32,000 nucleotides of DNA from Candidatus Saccharimonadota bacterium (GTDB lineage Archaea; Micrarchaeota; Micrarchaeia; Micrarchaeales; Micrarchaeaceae), in the NCBI RefSeq assembly GCF_002214165.1, contig NZ_CP019964.1, positions 840,001 through 872,000 on the forward strand, given 5' to 3'. The first letter of the stretch is position 1, and each line of letters begins with the position of its first letter. Shown one piece after another: positions 25,001 through 32,000 of this stretch. The translations under genes and the position numbers were made by a program. Under the pieces are notes generated by a model. The model had not been told where the DNA came from and searched no databases. It saw only the letters and a program-made list of their open reading frames with translations.

Positions 25001-25312
25001 ATGCCTGAAGAGAACCAAGGGCAGGATGACAACAGATACTACCAGAAGGCTATGGAGAAACTTTACAGAAAGGCACAGGAAGAGGAGAAGATAAAGTCGC
25101 TGATGAGACAACTTTTGGATCCAGATGCATATGAAAGAATGATGAACATAAAGGCTTCGAATGGAGACCTTTATATGCAGTTCGCAAACCTCCTAATCCA
25201 GCTGGTCCAGGCAAACCAAATAAAGGGCAGGATAAGTGATTCACAGTTGAGAAGCCTGCTTGAGAGGCTTACGAGCAGGCCAGACCCAAAGATAAACATA
25301 AAGCATAAATAA
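25001..25312 (+). CDS. PDCD5/TFAR19-like dsDNA-binding protein
   Basis: 103 aa. MRQLLDPDAYERMMNIKASNGDLYMQFANLLIQLVQANQIKGRISDSQLRSLLERL fits the family. It also occupies the conserved position between S19e and L39e. Confidence 0.75.
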   Translation: MPEENQGQDDNRYYQKAMEKLYRKAQEEEKIKSLMRQLLDPDAYERMMNIKASNGDLYMQFANLLIQLVQANQIKGRISDSQLRSLLERLTSRPDPKINIKHK

Positions 25313-25332
25313 AATAAAAATAAGGGATTTGT

Positions 25333-25506
25333 ATGTCTAAAAAGGATATTACTAAGAAAAGAAGATTGGGAAAATTCCTAAAGCAGAAGAGGAGAATCCC
25401 AGTATTGGCAACTATAAGGACAAAGAGAAGGCTTGAGAGCAACAAGTTCGCCAGGGACTGGAGGCACACTAAGATAAGGAGCAAGGTTGATTTGGATGGC
25501 AAATAG
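25333..25506 (+). CDS. rpl39e: 50S ribosomal protein eL39 (L39e)
   Basis: Not in the ORF track because it is under 60 aa. My translation is MSKKDITKKRRLGKFLKQKRRIPVLATIRTKRRLESNKFARDWRHTKIRSKVDLDGK (57 aa). It has the L39e pattern (basic, K-Q-x-R-R-I/V-P, R-x-W-R-x-T-K) and sits in the conserved position. Confidence 0.8.
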   Translation: MSKKDITKKRRLGKFLKQKRRIPVLATIRTKRRLESNKFARDWRHTKIRSKVDLDGK

Positions 25507-25918
25507 ATTATTGACTGTTAATATCAGGAACTATATAAATAGGCAGCCAAGAGGTAAACGCAGGAACAGGGCTGTCAGGTACATACGCGAAAGGATAGCG
25601 CATTATACAGGGACTGAGATAGAGAACGTAAAAATAGACAAAAAACTTAATGAAGCAATATTCAAAGTATACTCAAAGACTGCACTGCCTGTAAAGATGA
25701 AACTTGATATCGATGGCAGTGGCATAGTTACTGCATCACCGTTTACAGCAACTATAACAGACAGTAGCAAGCCGGCTGAGGAGGGCAAGAAGAAGGAAAA
25801 TGCAGACAAGAAGCCTTCCGCAGAAAAAGTAAATGAGAAGAAGGCTGAAAAGCCAAAGGAAAAGGAACCTAAGGAAAGCAGTAAGGACTCTAAAAAGGAA
25901 AGCAAGAGCAAAGAGTGA
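25496..25918 (+). CDS. rpl31e: 50S ribosomal protein eL31 (L31e) with a Lys/Glu-rich C-terminal extension
   Basis: LTVNIRNYINRQPRGKRRNRAVRYIRERIAHY...VKIDKKLNEAIF is the L31e core. The ATG at 25496 is preferred over the TTG at 25487. It overlaps the L39e 3' end by 11 nt. Confidence 0.85.
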   Translation: MANRLLTVNIRNYINRQPRGKRRNRAVRYIRERIAHYTGTEIENVKIDKKLNEAIFKVYSKTALPVKMKLDIDGSGIVTASPFTATITDSSKPAEEGKKKENADKKPSAEKVNEKKAEKPKEKEPKESSKDSKKESKSKE

Positions 25919-25940
25919 CTATTCCTAGCTCCTTTTGAAC

Positions 25941-25947
25941 AAGGAGG
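25941..25947 (+). promoter_or_regulatory. Shine-Dalgarno-like AAGGAGG
   Basis: Lies 8 nt upstream of the aIF6 ATG at 25956. Confidence 0.5.
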
Positions 25948-25955
25948 TATAAAAC

Positions 25956-26630
25956 ATGCCGGCAATTAAATATTCAATAGTTGGGAGCGATTACATAGGA
26001 GCATTTGTAGTCTCTACTGATAAGTATGCATTCATTGGAGGAGATGTGCCTGACAAAAAGGTCAGCGAAGTTGAGGAAGTGCTAAGGGTAAAGGCAATAA
26101 GGACGTCTATTATGGGTTCCGACCTCATAGGCATTTTCGCCAAGGCAAATTCCAAAGGGATTATATTTCCAGCCACAACTTCGGATATAGAGATAGAAGC
26201 TATAAAGAGCATGGGCTTGGGAATCAATATAGGCGTGCTTGACACCGATATGAATGCACTAGGCAACAATATACTTGTGAATGACAAGATTGCGTTTATA
26301 AATCCGGATTACAACATAAGCAATGCAAGGATCATAGAGGATGTGTTTGATGTCGAAACTGCAAGGATAACAACAGGCAGCTTCAAGACCTTGGGAGCCA
26401 ACAACCTTCTTACAAATCGGGGATTGGTTGTGAATAACAATATCACGGACGAAGAGAAGGATATGATAGACTCTATGACCGGCTTCAAATCGGTTAGGAG
26501 CACAGCTAATTTTGGATCTTTGAGCGTAGGCCTTGCTGCCACCGCAAATTCCAATGGAGTAATATCAGGGGAATCCACAACGGGATATGAATTGGAAAGA
26601 ATTAGGCAAGGGCTGGATATAGAGGATTAA
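25956..26630 (+). CDS. eif6: translation initiation factor 6 (aIF6)
   Basis: 224 aa. The pentein-repeat pattern (GSDYIGAFVVSTDKYAFIG ... GSDLIGIFAKANSKGIIFP ... NALGNNILVNDKIAFINP) is typical of eIF6. Confidence 0.85.
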   Translation: MPAIKYSIVGSDYIGAFVVSTDKYAFIGGDVPDKKVSEVEEVLRVKAIRTSIMGSDLIGIFAKANSKGIIFPATTSDIEIEAIKSMGLGINIGVLDTDMNALGNNILVNDKIAFINPDYNISNARIIEDVFDVETARITTGSFKTLGANNLLTNRGLVVNNNITDEEKDMIDSMTGFKSVRSTANFGSLSVGLAATANSNGVISGESTTGYELERIRQGLDIED

Positions 26631-26694
26631 TCCTTTGTTCGGCAGGTTCAGACAAATAAAAATCAAATAACAATTACTAATTTTTAAGCAAAAA

Positions 26695-28119
26695 TTACTG
26701 CTTGCTTATCACTACCTCGGCATTCCCACATTCGCCGCCTCCTCTTCCCACGCTTATAGTAAGGTTATACTGCATTGGAGGCAGGCTTATAGTGTTTATG
26801 TCAGGGTCACCCATGCACCAGTTGTTCGTCCCATTTGAGAAGTACACCTTTCCATTGCTTCCGGTCAAGGTGACATGAACAAAACCGCTATTTCCTGAAG
26901 CTGATTCTATCTGAACCTGTCCGCTTAGGTACTTTGATAGGTAATACCTGTGGCTTAATGCGGAGGTTACAAACGTTATGTTATCGCCTGCAGTGCTATT
27001 GGTCCCATTATTTATGCGTGATAGAACGCTTATATTCAGATTCATGTCGCTTGAGTTATATGCGCTTGGGGCAATGTTCAATTCCGAGGCATTCACCAGC
27101 TCTCCAGGAAGCTTGTCGACTTCTGATTTGGTCATGTTATTTGAAAGCTTGCTCGCATTTAGGTTCAGCAAAATTCCAAAAGACAAATTATTTATCAGCG
27201 ATAGGATAGGCGATTTGCTGCTTCCTAATATTGTTGCATTCAGATTGATGAATGCGGGCATATCGGATTTTGATGGTACTAAGCAGGTTGACATCAATCC
27301 GGTAATTACAGAACTATTACCCAAGGTCGTCCCAAACTTGCTGTTTGAAATATTCTTAAGCTTGAAATTGGTTGTGAAAATATATCCCTGCATATTATTG
27401 CATTTGGAAATATTTACAGTGTTGTTGTAAAATTGGATCTTGTTGTCTATGTTTCCGAGAAACTGCTTTGTTATTGAAGAATTTATTGGGTTGGTTGACA
27501 CAGAATTGACCTTAGTGCATACCTCTTTTCCAACAAATGACTGGTTGACAGTAAAGTTTTCCTCTATCCTTCTGCAGTAATAATCAGACCCATTAATCTT
27601 TGCATAAGCAAATGCAAGGTTCCCATTTCCAGACACAATTCCACTTAGCAATCCGACCCCAAGTGAGTTTGTATTTACTCCGAAACTTAAAATGCTGTCA
27701 TTCCCGTATTTTTTAAAAGATACGTTTAATGGCAGTGCAAAGTCATATGGAAAATTGCCCAATTTGGCTACAAGCGTTAGATTTCCAGTATAAGATGCGT
27801 TTATTTCATTCGTTGCATTTATTGTGCTCGATATGTTCTTTGATATTGCATATATATTTGATGCAGGCAGGTTTTTCTGTGAAAGCTGCTTGTATACAAA
27901 ACTATTAGTATTAGGGGTTGCAGCAGGCTTTGAATACGCAGACAATGCATATATTCCCACGATTAGAAGTAGTATTACAATTGCAATAGGCACTATTACA
28001 TTGTAGCTTTTGGGGCTATTCTTCTTATCTTTTATATTGGGATTGTCTTTCTTATCGACCTGCAAATCACTATAGTTCTGTGAGTAAATACTCTTTAGTT
28101 TATCGTCATTGTCTGCCAT
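26695..28119 (-). CDS. type II membrane-anchored extracellular protein, extremely rich in N-glycosylation sequons
   Basis: 474 aa from the ATG at 28119 (the track uses the TTG at 28155). Charged N-terminus, then one TM segment (VIVPIAIVILLLIVGIYALSAY). The rest is an Asn/Ser/Thr-rich ectodomain with about 26 N-x-S/T sequons by my count and several Cys residues. Confidence 0.65.
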   Translation of the reverse strand: MADNDDKLKSIYSQNYSDLQVDKKDNPNIKDKKNSPKSYNVIVPIAIVILLLIVGIYALSAYSKPAATPNTNSFVYKQLSQKNLPASNIYAISKNISSTINATNEINASYTGNLTLVAKLGNFPYDFALPLNVSFKKYGNDSILSFGVNTNSLGVGLLSGIVSGNGNLAFAYAKINGSDYYCRRIEENFTVNQSFVGKEVCTKVNSVSTNPINSSITKQFLGNIDNKIQFYNNTVNISKCNNMQGYIFTTNFKLKNISNSKFGTTLGNSSVITGLMSTCLVPSKSDMPAFINLNATILGSSKSPILSLINNLSFGILLNLNASKLSNNMTKSEVDKLPGELVNASELNIAPSAYNSSDMNLNISVLSRINNGTNSTAGDNITFVTSALSHRYYLSKYLSGQVQIESASGNSGFVHVTLTGSNGKVYFSNGTNNWCMGDPDINTISLPPMQYNLTISVGRGGGECGNAEVVISKQ

Positions 28120-28392
28120 ATGCTCACTCTGAAAATATCTAATGTTAATTACCAATAATTAATATTTATACATTGACTTTGATATACCTTTAAATGCAAG
28201 GATCCTAAAATTAGGTAGATGGAAATCCCCCTAATTTTGTCAAATGATTCAAACAATAAATACTCAATTTATAATAATTTTATTGTTTCATAATATATCA
28301 GCAAGAGCAGTTGTTTAGTTTTCTTTCTCTTCTTAACATAGGAGGCTAACGCTTGCGTATTAGAAAAAGATGCACATATTATAAGTGGTTAA

Positions 28393-28584
28393 ATGATGTA
28401 TAATGTAAAAGGCAGGATAAGAAAAGGCAAGGACAGCGTTGGATTCGATATCAACGTAGAGGGAAAGAGCGAGAAACATGCAAAAGATGTCGCGATGGTA
28501 AGCCTCTGCTCAAAGCAGGGTCTCCATAAAGGCCAAATTGTAATCGATGCTGCAAAGCCTATGAAAGATGCAAAGGAGAATTAA
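28393..28584 (+). CDS. rplX: 50S ribosomal protein LX (L18Ae / eL20 family)
   Basis: 63 aa. YNVKGRIRKGKDSVGFDINVEGKSEKHAKDVAMVSLCSKQGLHKGQIVI fits the LX pattern, and the gene sits in the conserved position before pfdA. Confidence 0.75.
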   Translation: MMYNVKGRIRKGKDSVGFDINVEGKSEKHAKDVAMVSLCSKQGLHKGQIVIDAAKPMKDAKEN

Positions 28585-28595
28585 GCGGCGATATT

Positions 28596-29015
28596 GTGGC
28601 CAGTGAAAGCGTTGGAAATTACGATTATGAAACAATCAATTACTTAAGGCAGGCATACCAATCTCGGTATGAAGAGCTTTCCAAGGCAATAGACCTGGAA
28701 CTTAGCAGGCTTGAGAAGCTTGGGCAGGTTCTTGAGTCGCTTAATAAAACTGAAAAGCTTGCAAAAAATAAAGTGCTATATCCAATGGGTGAAGGGTTTT
28801 ACTTTGAAGCTGAGGCTGGAGACATGGGTAGCATCCTTGTACATGTTGGCGGAGGATATTATGTTGAGAAAGGATTGGATGATGCCAAATCATTTTTAAG
28901 CATGTCGGCAAAGAAAGAGCAGGGGATTATTTCCCAGATAATGAAAGCAAAGGATGAAGTTGAGGAGAATATAGTGCGCTTGGAATACCAGTCTGCATCA
29001 CAGAACTATAGATGA
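28596..29015 (+). CDS. pfdA: prefoldin alpha subunit
   Basis: GTG start. Coiled coil, then a beta hairpin region (VLYPMGEGFYFEAEAGDMGSILVHVGGGYYVEKGLDDAKSFL), then coiled coil. Confidence 0.8.
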   Translation: MASESVGNYDYETINYLRQAYQSRYEELSKAIDLELSRLEKLGQVLESLNKTEKLAKNKVLYPMGEGFYFEAEAGDMGSILVHVGGGYYVEKGLDDAKSFLSMSAKKEQGIISQIMKAKDEVEENIVRLEYQSASQNYR

Positions 29016-30130
29016 ACATTATGTTTGATTCCCTTAAAAAGAGGCTGTCTGAAACCATAAAGGCATTCTCCACAAAGGAGAAGGACGAATATGACAAAGG
29101 AGAAGTTCCTTCTGAGAATGAAAGTGTGGTCGTGGATGAAGGCATCATCAACGAAGAGATAACATACAGCGATCCTAAAATTAAAGACAATACTAATCTT
29201 AAAGAAAAAAAAGAGACTGAGGAAAACAAGAATAAGGTTAAATTATCAGGCATAACAAAAGCAAAATCACTGCTTTCAAAAAAGGTAAAATTGAGAGATT
29301 CTGATATTTCTTCGTTCACAGAGCAGGTCCGAATGATACTGCTGCAATCTGATGTATCTTTTTATACTACGGAAGACATAGTAAGTAAGCTTGAAGGTGA
29401 ACTTAGGGAGAAGGAATTTGGCAAGAATAACCTTGACCAGCAGCTTATGGGTTCTCTAAGAAATGCTGTATCAGATATAATAGGCAAGGAGAAGTTTGAC
29501 ATGATTGATTATATATCGGCGAAAGTGGAATCGGGAGTCAAACCTTTTACTGTTATGTTCCTGGGATTCAATGGCACTGGCAAGACAACGACCATAGCCA
29601 AGATTGCTTATAATCTAAAGCTGAAAGGCAGATCTGTAGTGCTTTCCGCAAGCGATACGTTTAGGGCAGCTGCTATAGAGCAGCTGGATTATCATGCTAA
29701 GATGGTAGGTGTTCCAATAATAAAAGGCCGTTATGGTGCAGATCCTGCCAGCATAGCTTTCGATGCGATTGCATACGCAAGGGCGCATTCAACAGATTGC
29801 GTTCTTGTAGACACATCAGGAAGGCAGGAAACGAATAAGAACCTGATAAGCGAGCTGGAGAAGATTGCGAGGATAAGCAAGCCAAACCTTACTTTGTTCG
29901 TTGCTGAAAGTGTCGCAGGCAGCGACCTTGCTGACAGGATAAAGGAGTTTAACAACCATATAAAGATAGATGGGCTTGTGCTTACGAAATTGGACTGTGA
30001 CGCAAAAGGTGGAAATGCGATCTCGGTTTCCCGTGAAACAGGGATACCTATAATGATGTTTGGTGTTGGGGAGGGATATACAGATATAGCAAGTTATGAC
30101 CCTAATATAATACTTGATTCTATGACTTGA
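29012..30130 (+). CDS. ftsY: signal recognition particle receptor FtsY
   Basis: Acidic N-terminal region followed by an NG domain: GFNGTGKTTTIAKIA (G1), DTSGRQ (G3), TKLDCDAKGG (G4). The ATG overlaps the pfdA stop (ATGA). Confidence 0.9.
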   Translation: MNIMFDSLKKRLSETIKAFSTKEKDEYDKGEVPSENESVVVDEGIINEEITYSDPKIKDNTNLKEKKETEENKNKVKLSGITKAKSLLSKKVKLRDSDISSFTEQVRMILLQSDVSFYTTEDIVSKLEGELREKEFGKNNLDQQLMGSLRNAVSDIIGKEKFDMIDYISAKVESGVKPFTVMFLGFNGTGKTTTIAKIAYNLKLKGRSVVLSASDTFRAAAIEQLDYHAKMVGVPIIKGRYGADPASIAFDAIAYARAHSTDCVLVDTSGRQETNKNLISELEKIARISKPNLTLFVAESVAGSDLADRIKEFNNHIKIDGLVLTKLDCDAKGGNAISVSRETGIPIMMFGVGEGYTDIASYDPNIILDSMT

Positions 30131-30203
30131 CCTGATTTTACATGTTATTAGAAATTCACATTTTATAGCTATTTACCTTCTTGCTCTCTCTTAATAAATA
30201 TAT

Positions 30204-30217
30204 TTATAAGCTTATAA
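30204..30217. repeat. perfect 14-bp palindrome TTATAAGCTTATAA
   Basis: Read directly from the sequence. Two TATA-like half sites, about 125 nt upstream of the ATPase start. Confidence 0.7.
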
Positions 30218-30341
30218 TCCCTATTATTTCTGATTGTTTGTTGATGTGCAAATGATTAATGACTAACGTATGCAGATGCACTTTAATCGGGGTATAATGA
30301 GGTCGAGTTAAGGCTTGGACAAATAACTTTAAGGCGGGAAT

Positions 30342-31781
30342 ATGGACAATGACAATAATGAAAATAATAATTTGGACAAAGGCAAAGAAGACCAGTTGGC
30401 CCAAGAAGGCGATTCTGAATTGAAAAATGATGATGATAAAAAATCGGATGCAATGGAGAACCGGCTTACCGCAGATGAAACCTTAATAGAGGACAAGATA
30501 CTTGAGATGCTTATAGGTAAATTCTCTAATATAGACAAGCAGAGTGAAAAATTTGGGCTTGTTGAGGGGGCTGCAAAATCTGTAAAGCCGGACATATCGG
30601 ATGAATTGATAAAGAAAATCTACGATGACATAACATATATAGGAAAGATAGAGGAGCTTGTTACAAACGATGATATAGAGGATATAGCAGTAAACAACAC
30701 AATAGGGATCTTTGCTTATTTTTCAGGAGGTAGATCGGTGAACATGGATTACAAGTTCAAGACTAAAGTCGAACTTGCGAGATTTGTAAAGAAAATAAGG
30801 CTTTATTCCACAAATGAAGAGGCGAATGGCAACATAATAGACGTTCATATGGAGAATGGCAGCAGAGCGAACATAATAAGCTCGCCTAGGGGATATGATA
30901 TCACAATAAGAAATTTTAAAAAGCACACTCTGAGTGTGCTTGACCTAGTAAATTTTGGAGAGTTTGATTACAGCATTGCGGCTAGGTTATGGCTTTATAT
31001 GGACGGCTTAAAGGTAAAGCCTGCAAACATATTGATAGCAGGCATGCCTTCTTCAGGAAAGACGAGCTTGCTGAATTCGCTTTTCTCGTTTATAAGGCCT
31101 AATGAAAGGGTCATAACTATGGAGGAGACGTACGAGCTTGATACCTCCATGGCAAATAATGTCGTAAACCTTGAAACTAGCCAGGATATGCCAATGAGGG
31201 AGCTTGTGAAAAATTCTTTGAGGATGAGGCCAGACATGATGATAATAGGGGAGGTAAGAGGTCCGGAAGCAAATGACATGATTACCGCAATGAATGTAGG
31301 AAACATATGCCTCGGAACTATACATGCAACCTCATCCAGGGATATCATAGACAGGCTTGAGAATTCTCCGATGAATGTGCCGCAGGGTGTCATACCTACA
31401 ATAGATGCCCTTATGGTACTCTCACAGGTCTATATAAATGGCAAACCGATAAGAAAAATAATACAAATGTCGGAGATATCAGGCATAGAGACAAAGATAC
31501 TGCTTTCAGACCTTTATAAATATGATTATAAGTCTCATACGTCATCTCCTATATTGCCGAGTGTAACATACAGGGATAGGCTTGCAAAAGCGGTAGGTGT
31601 ACCTCCTCCCGATATATTGGCAGAGGAAAATGTAAGAATGCAGATATTGATGCAGCTTAACAGGTTGGGTATAAGGGACATAAAGAGCATAAGCCAAGTA
31701 GTGCAAGATTACTATGATAATCCCGATGCTTTGCTTGCAAAGATAGGCTTGAACGGGCTTCACCCTATAATAAGGGTATGA
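30342..31781 (+). CDS. type II/IV secretion system (GspE/FlaI/VirB11 superfamily) ATPase
   Basis: Walker A IAGMPSSGKTSLLNSL. Asp box ITMEETYEL. Walker B region RMRPDMMIIGEVRGPEA. His box GTIHA. It also has an N-terminal acidic low-complexity extension of about 60 aa. Confidence 0.8.
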   Translation: MDNDNNENNNLDKGKEDQLAQEGDSELKNDDDKKSDAMENRLTADETLIEDKILEMLIGKFSNIDKQSEKFGLVEGAAKSVKPDISDELIKKIYDDITYIGKIEELVTNDDIEDIAVNNTIGIFAYFSGGRSVNMDYKFKTKVELARFVKKIRLYSTNEEANGNIIDVHMENGSRANIISSPRGYDITIRNFKKHTLSVLDLVNFGEFDYSIAARLWLYMDGLKVKPANILIAGMPSSGKTSLLNSLFSFIRPNERVITMEETYELDTSMANNVVNLETSQDMPMRELVKNSLRMRPDMMIIGEVRGPEANDMITAMNVGNICLGTIHATSSRDIIDRLENSPMNVPQGVIPTIDALMVLSQVYINGKPIRKIIQMSEISGIETKILLSDLYKYDYKSHTSSPILPSVTYRDRLAKAVGVPPPDILAEENVRMQILMQLNRLGIRDIKSISQVVQDYYDNPDALLAKIGLNGLHPIIRV

Positions 31782-31799
31782 ATTATAAAATTAGGTTTG

Positions 31800-32000
31800 T
31801 TCATAGACTGGATTCTGGCCCCTTGCCATTATCCAATGCCTCTTCTTTTCTGTAGTCCAATAAGTTGTATATATTGCTTATGGATTCGGCTATCTTGCTT
31901 CCTTTTTCAGTAAGTTTTACTATTTTGTTCTTTCCATGCTTCTCTCCGACAACTAGGTTCTGCCTTTCGCATTCCAATACGAAATTGCATGTATGGACAT
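31800..32000 (-). CDS. partial CDS (C-terminal 66 aa), possible winged-helix DNA-binding protein
   Basis: My minus-strand translation is ...HTCNFVLECERQNLVVGEKHGKNKIVKLTEKGSKIAESISNIYNLLDYRKEEALDNGKGPESSL, stop at 31800-31802. The V-x-LTEKG wing-like segment suggests wHTH. The start lies beyond the window. Confidence 0.35.

Noticed and set aside
30204-30404. A 66-aa hydrophobic minus-strand ORF overlapping the ATPase start
   Set aside because: It is the antisense of the AT-rich spacer and of the ATPase's Asn/Asp-rich N-terminal codons. The Ile/Phe-rich translation is a compositional artefact.
1-32000. Scan for CRISPR arrays, IS elements, integrases and long terminal inverted repeats
   Set aside because: Reading both strands, I found no regularly spaced repeats of 24 nt or more, and no transposase or integrase-like ORFs. 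The only repeats are the short ones listed as features.

Overview
AT-rich archaeal chromosomal window. Archaeal origin is supported by the archaea/eukaryote-type ribosomal proteins S19e, L39e, L31e and LX, plus aIF6, prefoldin alpha, deoxyhypusine synthase, a UbiA/DGGGP-synthase-like prenyltransferase and an intron-containing tRNA. It holds one complete 23S rRNA gene with no 16S or 5S beside it, two tRNAs (a class II tRNA with an anticodon-loop intron, and tRNA-Ala), and about 35 protein genes. The conserved neighbourhood S19e / PDCD5-like / L39e / L31e / aIF6 / LX / PfdA / FtsY is present but interrupted by an opposite-strand surface-glycoprotein gene. An isolated L30-L15 pair is followed by a GT4 glycosyltransferase where SecY normally sits. 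The most unusual loci are: (1) a very AT-rich 1.2 kb islet at 18.1-19.3 kb with an intact STAS-like DUF4325 gene convergent to a decayed GHKL ATPase; (2) a tail-anchored tandem-wHTH protein overlapping the start of ADP-forming acetyl-CoA synthetase beta/alpha genes; (3) a coiled-coil gene whose open frame runs 95 codons upstream of its first canonical start, next to a 7-codon ATG leader one frame away; (4) a 5' remnant of a radical SAM gene beside the 23S; (5) an orphan FlaI/VirB11-type ATPase. No CRISPR array, transposase or integrase was seen. All calls rest on reading the sequence and on remembered family motifs; no searches were run.
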